A stretch of 64,000 nucleotides of DNA from Terrimicrobiaceae bacterium (lineage in GTDB: Bacteria > Verrucomicrobiota > Verrucomicrobiia > Chthoniobacterales > JAATET01), in contig JAQTOP010000005.1 in assembly GCA_028713285.1 (NCBI GenBank), positions 10,682 to 74,681 on the forward strand. Direction: 5' to 3'. Made by a program: the position numbers and the translations under genes. Every line of letters begins with the position of its first letter. Positions within the stretch are counted from its first letter, which is position 1. Below, piece after piece: positions 16,918 through 26,395 of the stretch. The notes under the pieces are model-generated. The model ran no database searches, was not told the origin of the DNA, and saw nothing but the letters and a program-made list of their open reading frames with translations.

Positions 16918-18081
16918 CTACAGCGTCTTGGCGAACTCCTCGATGCGGTCGATGCCCTTCTTGATCATGTCCATGCTCGTCGCGTAGCTCAGGCGGATTG
17001 TGCGGTCGTCGCCAAAGGCGATGCCGGGCACGACGGCGACGTTGGCCTTGCTGAGCAGGCGGTCGGCGAAGTTCGTCGAGTTCAGACCGAGCGCGTTGAT
17101 ATTCGCGAGCACGTAGAACGCGCCGAGCGGCTTGACCGCGGTGATGCCGTTAATCGCGTTCAGGCGGCCATGCATGTAGGCCCGCCGGATGTTGAATTCC
17201 TCGCGCATGTCGGCGACGCATTGCTGGTCGCCCTTGAGCGCGGCGAGGCCTCCCTTTTGGGCAAAGGAGCAGGGGTTCGACGTGCTGTGGCTCTGCATCG
17301 AGTCGATGGCCCTGGCAATGGCCTCGGGCGCCCCGAGGTAGCCGAGACGCCAGCCGGTCATCGCGTAGGCTTTGCTGAAACCGTTGACGGTGATGGTGAG
17401 GTCGTAGGCCTCGGGCGTAAGCGAGCCGATGCTTACGTGCTCGGTCTCATCATAGACGAGCTTCTCGTAGATCTCGTCGGAGAGGATGTAAATCTCCTCC
17501 TCGGCGGCGACCTCGGAAATGGCGCGCAGCTCTTCGCGCGTATAGACCGAGCCGGTCGGGTTGCCCGGCGAATTGAGGATGATCATCTTTGTCTTCGGCG
17601 TCATCGCATCCTCAAACTGCGCGGCGGTGATCTTCCAATCGTTCTCCTCGGAGGTGGCGACAAACACGGGTTCTGCACCCGCGAGCCGGACCATCTCCGG
17701 ATAGCTCAACCAGTAGGGTGCGGGGATGATGACTTCGTCGCCGGGATCGCAAACGGCCATGATCGCGTTGTAACACGACTGCTTGGCGCCGTTGCTGACG
17801 ATGATCTGGCTGGGCTTGTATTCCAGCTTGTTGTCGGCGGCGAATTTTTTGGCAATGGCTTCGCGCAGCTCGGGGACGCCGGAGCTGGGCGTGTATTTGG
17901 TGAAGCCGGCATCGAGCGCGGCCTGGGCGGCGGCCTTGATGTGGTCGGGGGTGTCGAAGTCGGGCTCGCCGGCGCCGAAGCCGCAGACGTCGATGCCTTC
18001 GGCCTTCATCGCCTTCGCCTTGCTGTCGATGGCGAGCGTGAGGGACGGGGTGAGGGTTTCTACACGAGAGGAGAGTTGCAT
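16918..18081 (-). CDS. Pyridoxal phosphate-dependent aminotransferase, class I (aspartate aminotransferase-like)
   Basis: 'LAIDSKAKAMKAEGIDVCGFGAGEPDFDTP', 'YTPSSGVPELREAIAKKF' and 'NGFSKAYAMTGWRLGY' (PLP-Lys SKxxxMTGWR motif). Confidence 0.9.
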   Translation of the reverse strand: MQLSSRVETLTPSLTLAIDSKAKAMKAEGIDVCGFGAGEPDFDTPDHIKAAAQAALDAGFTKYTPSSGVPELREAIAKKFAADNKLEYKPSQIIVSNGAKQSCYNAIMAVCDPGDEVIIPAPYWLSYPEMVRLAGAEPVFVATSEENDWKITAAQFEDAMTPKTKMIILNSPGNPTGSVYTREELRAISEVAAEEEIYILSDEIYEKLVYDETEHVSIGSLTPEAYDLTITVNGFSKAYAMTGWRLGYLGAPEAIARAIDSMQSHSTSNPCSFAQKGGLAALKGDQQCVADMREEFNIRRAYMHGRLNAINGITAVKPLGAFYVLANINALGLNSTNFADRLLSKANVAVVPGIAFGDDRTIRLSYATSMDMIKKGIDRIEEFAKTL

Positions 18082-18122
18082 GGATGGAATTCGGGCGGGT
18101 TGGTTTCGGTGTGGGGTCGAGG

Positions 18123-19307
18123 CTACCGGCGGTCGAAATGAGATTCAACCAGCGGTTTGAGATTGTTTTCTGAAATGCGGATGATGTCCATTTCGCGGCG
18201 GGCGTTGCCGGGCGAGTCGGATGCATGCGCGGCGTTGACCATGATCGTCTGGCCGAATTCGCGCCGGATCGTGCCGAACGGGGCCTTCGACGGATCGGTG
18301 GGGCCGAGCACCTCGCGAATCTTTTTCACCGCGTCGATGCCTTCGTAAATAACGGCCACGCACTTCTCCGTTCCCGGGGCGTCGCGCCGCCCGGGCGGGC
18401 ACTGGCTCGGGCGCGCGCCCGACATGAACTGGACGATGCTCTCCCAATGCGCGCTGCCCGCGATGGGGCCGAGCAGGTCGCCGAGCTTCGCCTCGGCATC
18501 GTCGCCCACCGGGCAGCCAAGCTCCTCCTCGATCGCGAGCCGCGAGCGCCGGCCGGTCGGCTCGCGCATCACGTCCTCGAGCACCTCGCGCACGGGACCG
18601 TAGAATTCCTCCGCCTGCGCGACGCTCATGTGATGGACCTTGAAGCCGATGATCGAAAGGCCGGTGCGCGAAAAAAGATCGAGCACGCCGCCGGGCCGGG
18701 CATTGGGGAAGCGGAAATTGTCGGGCTTGATGAGGACGAGCGTTTTCTGGACCTCCGCTCCCGCCGGGTAAGGGACGATGTTTTCGAGAATGCCCCCGTC
18801 GCTGTCGGAATGGCGCGCCCAGAGCCGCAGGTCGGCTTCCGCCGTCTCACGATTCGGCGCGGCCAGCACGGCCGGCTCGAAATAGCGGACGTCTTCGCAC
18901 GGCCCCGACGCGTCGCCATCGGTGATGTAGTCGCCGTAGGTGTCGCGGATCGTCTCGCCGGTCGTCCGCTCATGCACGATGTGGCCCGCGACGTTCAGCA
19001 CCTTGTTCACGGCGTCTTCTCCGCGCAGGACGAGCAGCAGCGCGCGCCGGCGCCGACCATCGGGATTCGGCGCGAGGTTTTTACGGACGTATTCGCGAAT
19101 GAGTTCCTGCGTGCGGCGGTGGCGGGGCTCGGTCGCGGTGACGATGGATTGCGCGTATTCCTCGATGAGTTCGCGGCTCGCGGCGAACATCCGGCCGGCG
19201 GCCAGCTCGAGGCCGGAGCGGGAGAGCAGCCGCGAAAGGATGCCGCCAGTGCGCGATTTGCGAATCGAGTAGGGCGTGAGGATTACGTATGCGAGCTCTG
19301 CGGACAT
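18123..19307 (-). CDS. Tandem nucleoside-diphosphate-kinase-like protein (degenerate N-terminal NDK fold plus catalytic C-terminal NDK domain with an insertion)
   Basis: The C-terminal half has 'KTLVLIKPDNF...GGVLDLFSRTGLSIIGFKVHHMSVAQAEEFY', 'GPTDPSKAPFGTIRREFG' and 'NAAHASDSPGNARREMDI' (active-site His). The N-terminal half ('AYVILTPYSIRKSRTGGILSRLL') is NDK-like but lacks the HxSD motif. The start is ambiguous (19307 or 19358). Confidence 0.7.
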   Translation of the reverse strand: MSAELAYVILTPYSIRKSRTGGILSRLLSRSGLELAAGRMFAASRELIEEYAQSIVTATEPRHRRTQELIREYVRKNLAPNPDGRRRRALLLVLRGEDAVNKVLNVAGHIVHERTTGETIRDTYGDYITDGDASGPCEDVRYFEPAVLAAPNRETAEADLRLWARHSDSDGGILENIVPYPAGAEVQKTLVLIKPDNFRFPNARPGGVLDLFSRTGLSIIGFKVHHMSVAQAEEFYGPVREVLEDVMREPTGRRSRLAIEEELGCPVGDDAEAKLGDLLGPIAGSAHWESIVQFMSGARPSQCPPGRRDAPGTEKCVAVIYEGIDAVKKIREVLGPTDPSKAPFGTIRREFGQTIMVNAAHASDSPGNARREMDIIRISENNLKPLVESHFDRR

Positions 19308-19414
19308 TCGGTTTGCCAGGACCCGCGCGAGAGGCGGGGCATCCGAGCGGACGGGCAACCTATCGGCGGCCTCGGAGACCCGTCAATTCGCTTTTTGCCG
19401 GGGCGCGAGACCGG

Positions 19415-19831
19415 CTAATGGCGCAGCAGCTTCCAGAAATAGCGGAGCGAGGGCGACGCGTCGCGCGGCAGGGTGGTGTGGTATTCCACCAGCTCGATCT
19501 CGCGCGGTTTCGCTTCCAACGTGTCGCGCGCGTGCAGCGTCACGCGAAAGAGGAATGTGATGTTCCGCTTTTCGGGCCGGTCGAAGAGCGCCGTCTGGCA
19601 GGCAAAGATCACGCGGGCTCCGGTCTCCTCGCGAATCTCGCGCTTGAGCCCGGCTTCGACGCTCTCGCTCGCCATCACCTTGCCGCCCGGCAGCGTCCAG
19701 AACTTGCGCCCCCGCTGTTGCTTGACCATCAGCACCGCGCCGTGGGCATCTTCGGCCCAGCCCATGGCGGATACTTCCTTCCCGCCACGCAATACGCCCT
19801 GCTTGACCGGTATTTTTTTCCCTGCTGGCAC
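19415..19831 (-). CDS. NUDIX hydrolase
   Basis: Nudix box 'GGKVMASESVEAGLKREIREETG' (Gx5Ex7REUxEExGU). Confidence 0.85.
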   Translation of the reverse strand: MPAGKKIPVKQGVLRGGKEVSAMGWAEDAHGAVLMVKQQRGRKFWTLPGGKVMASESVEAGLKREIREETGARVIFACQTALFDRPEKRNITFLFRVTLHARDTLEAKPREIELVEYHTTLPRDASPSLRYFWKLLRH

Positions 19832-19895
19832 TACGCTGGAGCAATAGGAACGTCCGCGGCGTTCGACAATGTTTTTTGATCGGCGCGGCCGCGGG

Positions 19896-20633
19896 CTACG
19901 AGGCGGACTTGTAGCGCTCGCCCGCGTGGTCCCAGTCGATCACGTTCCACCACGCGGCGATGTAGTCCGCACGTTTGTTCTGCTGCTTGAGGTAGTAGGC
20001 ATGCTCCCACACATCGATGCCCAGCACCGGGAACCTGCCCTCCGAAAGCGGGCTGTCCTGATTCGCAGTGGATTCGATCTCGAGTTTGCCGTCGTCGCGA
20101 ACGAGCCATGTCCATCCGCTGCCGAAGACGAGGCCGGCCTCGGCGGAAAATTTCTTTTTGAATTCCTCGAAGCTGCCGAAGTTCTGCTTGATTGCCTCCG
20201 CCAGCGCGCCGGTGGGCTCGCCGCCGCCGCCTTTTTTCAGCATCGGCCACCAGATCGAGTGGTTGTAATGGCCGCCGCCCTGGTTGCGGACCGCCTTGCG
20301 GATTTTTACGGGCACGGCATCGAGGTCCTTGATCAATTCCTCGACAGGCTTCTGGCCAATGTCGGGGTAGTCGGCCACGGCGACGTTGAGTTTCGCGACG
20401 TAGGCGGCGTGGTGCTTGTCGTGGTGGATGCGCATCGTTTCCGCGTCGATGTGGGGCTCGAAGGCGTCGTATGGATAGGGAAGATCCGGCAGCTTGTATG
20501 GACCGGTCGGTGCGGGCGTGGAGCTGGCTGCCGCGGGCTCGGCGGCCTGTGCGGCCCAATTCGGTATGGCAGGAATGGCGAGCGTGGCGCTGGCCGCAAG
20601 GGCGTTGCGAATGGCATTTCGGCGGGTGATCAT
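19896..20633 (-). CDS. Fe/Mn superoxide dismutase with twin-arginine (Tat) signal peptide
   Basis: The Tat signal '[22 protein letters not shown]' is followed by '[32 protein letters not shown]' and 'DVWEHAYYL', the canonical SOD metal ligand blocks. The start at 20633 lies inside track ORF 19896..20720. Confidence 0.9.
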   Translation of the reverse strand: MITRRNAIRNALAASATLAIPAIPNWAAQAAEPAAASSTPAPTGPYKLPDLPYPYDAFEPHIDAETMRIHHDKHHAAYVAKLNVAVADYPDIGQKPVEELIKDLDAVPVKIRKAVRNQGGGHYNHSIWWPMLKKGGGGEPTGALAEAIKQNFGSFEEFKKKFSAEAGLVFGSGWTWLVRDDGKLEIESTANQDSPLSEGRFPVLGIDVWEHAYYLKQQNKRADYIAAWWNVIDWDHAGERYKSAS

Positions 20634-20894
20634 GGAAAGGAGTTCGGCTGATGTTGCGTTCGTGGATTGGTCAGGAAAAACGGAAGTTCCAAAGAGTATG
20701 TCGACTTTGAACGGACGCAAACCCGTTGTCGTCGCTGCAACGAAGCGCTGGCAGCATCAACTTCCCGGCCCGACTCGCGCCAACTGATGCGACAAGAATC
20801 GGTCGCTCTCCCGCAAGAATTGAGTTGAAATCAATGCACGGTCCGATATCATTTTATCAATCCCCCCTCTCTTCACCCCCACAAATCAGATCCC

Positions 20895-23800
20895 ATGAAG
20901 CCCTCACTTCGTCGTAGTCCCCGCGTCCGTACCTTTTGCCTGCTCGCAGCCGCGACACTGGCCGCCATCGGCGCCCAAGCCGCCCCGCCGTACATCTATT
21001 GGAATGGCGCGGGAACGGGCTGGGACCTCGCTGCAGATTGGTCCACGTCCGCGAATGCGGCGACGCCCAATCCGCTGGCGGTTCCGGGATCTGGCGATAT
21101 TGCGGTTTTCGTCGCCAGCAACATCACCACGGCCCAGACAATCAATCTGAATGGCCCGCAGTCCGCTCTCGGATTGGTTTTTGGCAACAGGGAAAATGTG
21201 GCAGCCTCGGCAGTGACTCTTCAGGGCGGCGGCACCAACCAGACGCTCAGCCTCGGTGCGAGCGGCATTCAATCGATTCCAAATGCTCTCGGTGCCGTGA
21301 CCATCGGTTCGACGACGGCGGGTCAAGCGGTGAACATCTCGCTCACCGCCAGTCAAACGTGGACGAACCTCAACAATTTGGGTCTTAATATCGTAAACAA
21401 CGTCAGCAGCACGGCGCCCGGCACCACCCTTACGATTAACAGCTTTTCAAATGTCGGCGGCACGACGTTCAGCGGGGTGATTAGCGACGGGACGGGGACC
21501 ACGGCTTTGACGATCGTCAACGGAAACACCACAGCGACTGGCAATGTCACCCTCACGGGCGCGAATACCTACACCGGCGCGACAACGATCAAGGAGGGCA
21601 CGGTCCTGCTGGATTTTTCCAATGCGACCGCGCCGGTCACGAACATCATCGGATCTTCATCGGCGCTTGTCTTGGGCGGCGGAACGACATTCAACAGCGC
21701 AGGCACGGCCAACAACCCGATTTTGAGCATTACGGGTAAATCCGGCCTCGCGAACAGTCAGACGTTTAACGGCACGACCCTCCATGCCGGTTCGTCAACG
21801 TTCACTTTCACTCAGAATTCCGCCGCTTCGCTGAGCGCATCGCTCGGTGCGATAGTCCGTAATGGCAACGCCACGTTGAACTTCAGTCTCCTGCCTACGT
21901 CCGGCGCCATCTCCACCACGAATACGAACGACGCCACCGGGATCCTGGGGGCATGGGCCACGACGGGTGCCAATGCGACGTTGAACTACGCGACCGTCAC
22001 GGGAGGGAACATTGTCGCCTACACCGGAGCGACCGTGGATAACACCGGAACCCTTGCCGGCCTGACGAGCGCGACCACGAACTATACCACCAGCTCATCC
22101 GCGATTACGCTTGGCGCCAACGCGACGGCGAATACGTTGCAATTCACGGGTGGCGCCGCGGGTGGGACTCTCGCCCTCGGGGCAAACACGCTCACCCTGA
22201 ATGGCTGGCTGTCTGCCCTTACTGGTGCGACGACCAATTTGTCGATCACCTCGACCGGAGCCGGCGCCATCGTCATCGGGGCCAATAAGGAGCTGGTTTT
22301 CGTCCTGAGCAACAATTCGGTCTTCAATAACGCGCCGATCGTGGACAATCCAGGCGGCGCTTCGGGGATCACCTTCAATGGGGGGGCCAATAACCTGGTC
22401 CTGACCGGTGTCAGCACCTATACGGGTACGACCAGCATCAATAGTGGTATTCTGGTGGCAAACGCTGCGGAAGTGGCGGGGGTCTCCGGCGCATTTGGGA
22501 ACGGGGGAAACATTACTTTCAATGGCGGCCAACTGACGTATGGAGTAAATGCAGCGGCAGCGGACTATTCCAGTAGGATCAAGAATAGCGCGAGCGCGAT
22601 CTCGCTGGGCCTCGGCGGCAATGGAAATAACATCATTTGGAATTCAGCGGTCGATAGCACAAATACCGGCGGCCTGGTTATCAACTCCGGCGGTTTCGCC
22701 AAGCTCACTCTGAACGGCGCCAACAGCTTCACCGGCAATACCCTGGTCGTCGGTAACAGCTATGTGGAAGTTGGCAACAAGTCCGCTTTTGGAAGCAGCA
22801 GCAATCTCGTTATCGTCAACACTGCGGCACACTTCTCGGCCAATACCGACTTGACGGGTGCGAACGCGATTCCCAATAGCTTTCAGGTTCTGTCCGGTCT
22901 CCTCAATTTTCAGGGCTCCCACAGTATTGAGGTCACCGGAAGCATCGGGCATTTTCCGGGGCAGGCAACCCGTGCCATATCCAATGACATCTCTGGAGGC
23001 AGCAGCCTCATCCTTTCCGGAACAATCGATCTTTCGGCCACGACCAGTAACGCCAATACTTTATTCATTTTTGGCAGCGGCGTGACGAACATCACCGGGA
23101 GCATTCTTAATGGCGTCGCGGGAACCACGAACGCCACTAGTATTAGCTATGTTGGCACTGGCACTCTGGTCCTTGGCGGGACGAATGCCTATACGGGTTC
23201 CACCTTCGTCGGTCCGAATAACGGCACAGTGGAGCTCGATTTTTCAGCGCCCACTGCGCCGACGACCAACATCATCGCGAGCGGCCCCGGGACGATTCAA
23301 TTGGGCGGCAGCACCCTGAATCTGACCGGCAAGGCGGGCTTGGATAACAGTCAGGCCACCTCTGCCACCGTGGTTAATTCCGGGGCGTCGTCGCTCGTTC
23401 TGGCGCCAGGCGCAGGCGGCCATGTCCTTTACACTGGCGGTGGTTTCAACCGTCAGAACGGGGGCACCCTGGACATCACTCTGAGCGGAACATCGGATAA
23501 CACGCTCAATGGAGTCACCACCACTTCGACTAATGACGCAGGCGGAATTCTCAAGGGCTTCACCGTTGGCCGGAACGATTGGGCGACCAACGGCACGAAT
23601 GTGAGTGGCGGCAGCGTAATCGCCTATTCGGGTTACACCGATCAAAATGACGTGACGCAGTGGACCAATCCCGTCCAGAATATCACCAATACCACGACCG
23701 GAGCATTCACCGGATCCCTTGCGGGCGCCGCAACCATCAATACATTGCGCTTTGATAGCAATGTGGCGGGCGGGCCCAATCTGGGTGGGCAGGTTCTCAC

Positions 23801-25406
23801 CGTAACGGACGGAATCTTGATTACCGGCAATGTCAGTAGCAAGGCATTGACGATCAATAATGGCACGCTCCAATCGGGTGCCGCGGCTGCGGATTTGATC
23901 GTTATCAATCGCGGATCCGGTGCCACAACGCTCGACATCGGCGCCACAATCGCTGATAACGGCGCAAGTCCCACTCCGTTTGTGAAATCGGGCGAGGGGC
24001 TCGTTACGCTCAGCGGTGCGAATACTTATACCGGCCAGACGATTGTGACGCAGGGTGTGCTCAAGGCTGAGGACGGCGTCAGTCTGCCATCGGCCAGCAA
24101 TCTCCTTCTCAAGGGCGGTGTGTTGGGCATTTCGACTGATTTCACCCGGACGATTGGCACCAACCCGGGGAACGTGCAGTTCGGGGGCGGTAGCGGCGGA
24201 TTTGCCGCATACGGCGGGACTCACACAGTGACAATCGGCATCGGATTGCAGGTGAACTGGAGAACGGGACTCCTGGCCAACGGTTCGACGCTCATTCTTG
24301 GCGACAGCAGTGCGGATGGAATGGTTGATTTCGTCAATCCGATCGAACTGGATCAAGCCACCCGGACCGTGCAGGCGAACAACGGCTCCGCACCTATTGA
24401 TGCGAAACTGAGCGGCGTGATCTCCAGCAATTCCAACACCGGTCTTACCAAAACGGGTACCGGAACCCTGTGGCTGAGCGCCGCGAATACATTTGTAGGC
24501 GCATTGACGGTGAAAGAGGGAACCCTCACTGAAAATGGCACGGGAACGCTCAACAATTTCGTCTCGGTCATCGTGGATGGAGCGACCGCCGTCTTCGACC
24601 TCGGTGCCGATCATAATCAGAATAGCAGTGCGGGCTCAGCGGTCGTGACTCTGGACAACGGCGGCAGCATCACCGGGACGGGTACTTCGTCCGTGATCGG
24701 ACGGAGCTTCGATGTAAGAAGCGGATCGGTGAGCGCGATCCTTGCGGGTGGAGCGACTTTAACAAAAACTACGAGCGGCACCGTTACCCTCTCCGGTGCG
24801 AACACCTATACCGGGGCGACCACGGTTAATGCGGGCGTTCTGGCAATCAATGGCAGTTCTGCGAGTGCCGTCACGGTGAATGCAGGCACACTCCGCGGAA
24901 CGGGCTCAACCAACGCCGCCGTCGCGGTGACCATCGGAAATGGAACCGGCAGTAATGATGCAATCATCGCGCCGGGTAACAGCGTGGGGACTTTCACCGT
25001 GGGCGGTCCGCTTACGCTCAATTCCGATGCGCAATATAAGTTCGAACTGAACAGCACGACGGGCCTCGCGGATAAAATCATTGCAAACGGAGTGACGATC
25101 ACGGGAGCCACGTTCAACTTCACGGACCTTGCGCTGGGCAGCGGCATCACTATCGGAACGGTATTCACTATCATCGACAATACTGGCGCGGGTCCGATGG
25201 GGACCTTCAGCAATCTTGCGAATGGGGGAAGCTTCAACAGCGGCAATTACCATTATGTGGCAAATTACTCGGGTGGCGACGGCAACGACCTCACCCTCAC
25301 AGCCACGGCGGTTCCCGAGCCGAGCGTCGCTTCCGCACTCGGTTTCACCGGACTGCTTGCGATCTGTGTGCTGGTGCTCCGCCGCCGGCACGCGCAGGTC
25401 GCCTAG
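20895..25406 (+). CDS. Giant surface protein: autotransporter-associated beta-strand repeats with C-terminal PEP-CTERM sorting anchor
   Basis: Signal peptide 'CLLAAATLAAIGAQA'. The repeat 'L(T/S)GANTYTG(A/Q)T(T/I)...G(T/V)L' recurs at least 7 times. The C-terminus 'VPEPSVASALGFTGLLAICVLVLRRRHAQVA' is a VPEP motif followed by a TM helix and a basic tail. Confidence 0.85.
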   Translation: MKPSLRRSPRVRTFCLLAAATLAAIGAQAAPPYIYWNGAGTGWDLAADWSTSANAATPNPLAVPGSGDIAVFVASNITTAQTINLNGPQSALGLVFGNRENVAASAVTLQGGGTNQTLSLGASGIQSIPNALGAVTIGSTTAGQAVNISLTASQTWTNLNNLGLNIVNNVSSTAPGTTLTINSFSNVGGTTFSGVISDGTGTTALTIVNGNTTATGNVTLTGANTYTGATTIKEGTVLLDFSNATAPVTNIIGSSSALVLGGGTTFNSAGTANNPILSITGKSGLANSQTFNGTTLHAGSSTFTFTQNSAASLSASLGAIVRNGNATLNFSLLPTSGAISTTNTNDATGILGAWATTGANATLNYATVTGGNIVAYTGATVDNTGTLAGLTSATTNYTTSSSAITLGANATANTLQFTGGAAGGTLALGANTLTLNGWLSALTGATTNLSITSTGAGAIVIGANKELVFVLSNNSVFNNAPIVDNPGGASGITFNGGANNLVLTGVSTYTGTTSINSGILVANAAEVAGVSGAFGNGGNITFNGGQLTYGVNAAAADYSSRIKNSASAISLGLGGNGNNIIWNSAVDSTNTGGLVINSGGFAKLTLNGANSFTGNTLVVGNSYVEVGNKSAFGSSSNLVIVNTAAHFSANTDLTGANAIPNSFQVLSGLLNFQGSHSIEVTGSIGHFPGQATRAISNDISGGSSLILSGTIDLSATTSNANTLFIFGSGVTNITGSILNGVAGTTNATSISYVGTGTLVLGGTNAYTGSTFVGPNNGTVELDFSAPTAPTTNIIASGPGTIQLGGSTLNLTGKAGLDNSQATSATVVNSGASSLVLAPGAGGHVLYTGGGFNRQNGGTLDITLSGTSDNTLNGVTTTSTNDAGGILKGFTVGRNDWATNGTNVSGGSVIAYSGYTDQNDVTQWTNPVQNITNTTTGAFTGSLAGAATINTLRFDSNVAGGPNLGGQVLTVTDGILITGNVSSKALTINNGTLQSGAAAADLIVINRGSGATTLDIGATIADNGASPTPFVKSGEGLVTLSGANTYTGQTIVTQGVLKAEDGVSLPSASNLLLKGGVLGISTDFTRTIGTNPGNVQFGGGSGGFAAYGGTHTVTIGIGLQVNWRTGLLANGSTLILGDSSADGMVDFVNPIELDQATRTVQANNGSAPIDAKLSGVISSNSNTGLTKTGTGTLWLSAANTFVGALTVKEGTLTENGTGTLNNFVSVIVDGATAVFDLGADHNQNSSAGSAVVTLDNGGSITGTGTSSVIGRSFDVRSGSVSAILAGGATLTKTTSGTVTLSGANTYTGATTVNAGVLAINGSSASAVTVNAGTLRGTGSTNAAVAVTIGNGTGSNDAIIAPGNSVGTFTVGGPLTLNSDAQYKFELNSTTGLADKIIANGVTITGATFNFTDLALGSGITIGTVFTIIDNTGAGPMGTFSNLANGGSFNSGNYHYVANYSGGDGNDLTLTATAVPEPSVASALGFTGLLAICVLVLRRRHAQVA

Positions 25407-25426
25407 ACAGAGGCCGGCATCGATTC

Positions 25427-25468
25427 GAAAACCCCGGGACGGATATCCTTCCGCCCGGGGTTTTTCTT
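25427..25468. terminator. Rho-independent terminator (usable from both strands) between the PEP-CTERM gene and prmA
   Basis: The sequence AAAACCCCGGGaCGGA-tatcc-TTCCGCCCGGGGTTTTTCTT forms a GC-rich stem with one bulge, flanked by an A-tract and a T-tract. Confidence 0.55.
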
Positions 25469-25498
25469 CGAATGGTTGCCGGCGCAGGGATTCGCGGT

Positions 25499-26380
25499 CT
25501 ATTTCCGCTTCAACCGCCCCGCGGACCATCTGCCTCGCACGACGGTGCGCTCGACAACGAATCCGATCTCGCCAAAAGCAGCGAGGACCTCCGGCAATTG
25601 CGGCCGCAGCACTCCGGAAAAAAGCAGCCAGCCGCCGCGCTTTGTCGCTCGACGGAGCACGGGCGCGGCTTTTACGAGCAGGTCGCTGAAGAGATTTGCC
25701 ATGACGATTTCGACCGGCGAGGCTGGAGCCCATTTCAAGATGTCCGCGGCGCTGATCCGCACCGCCCGCGTTTTGTTTGCGCGGGCGTTCGCCTTCGCGA
25801 TGCGCACGCAGACAGGGTCGTAATCGAAGGCATCCACCTCCACCGCACCCAGCGCGGCGGCGGCGATCGCGAGGATTCCCGTGCCTGTGCCGGCGTCGAT
25901 CGCGCGCCAGCCGGGACGAAGCCCCTTCGCGAGATCGCAGAGCATGCGCAGGCAGCTTGCGGTGGTGGCGTGGTCGCCGGTGCCGAAGGCCATGCCCGCC
26001 GGCACCAGGAGGTCCGCATGGCCGGCGCGAGGCTGCCGCGCGGCGAAGGTCGAGGCGTCGCCATGGATCGTAATCCGCCCGCGAATGCGAAGGGGCTTGC
26101 GCGGCCGGCCTGGATCGCCGATCCAATTGCGCGCTCGCGTCAGTTTGCCGCCAAAATCTTTCACGAGCCTGCGGGCGGTGCGCTCCTCGACGTATGCCTC
26201 GATGCGCACGCTGCGCGAGCCCGGCCAGCCGATGAAAACGGCGCGTCCGGGCCCGAGAAACTGCAAGCGCTCGGCCCACGCGTCCTCCCACTTTTCCGAC
26301 GTCAGCCGGCTCCAGCGCCACAGCCCGGAAGCGCCCGGCGGGGCGGGGTTGCGAGTCGATGGATTCTCCATGCGTTTCAT
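25499..26380 (-). CDS. prmA: Ribosomal protein L11 methyltransferase
   Basis: 'PAGMAFGTGDHATTASCLRML' and 'AIDAGTGTGILAIAAAALGA' (SAM motif I) are PrmA hallmarks. The likely start is MKRMENPS at 26380 (or 26371) inside track ORF 25499..26674. Confidence 0.85.
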   Translation of the reverse strand: MKRMENPSTRNPAPPGASGLWRWSRLTSEKWEDAWAERLQFLGPGRAVFIGWPGSRSVRIEAYVEERTARRLVKDFGGKLTRARNWIGDPGRPRKPLRIRGRITIHGDASTFAARQPRAGHADLLVPAGMAFGTGDHATTASCLRMLCDLAKGLRPGWRAIDAGTGTGILAIAAAALGAVEVDAFDYDPVCVRIAKANARANKTRAVRISAADILKWAPASPVEIVMANLFSDLLVKAAPVLRRATKRGGWLLFSGVLRPQLPEVLAAFGEIGFVVERTVVRGRWSAGRLKRK

Positions 26381-26395
26381 GGTAAAACGATTGCC

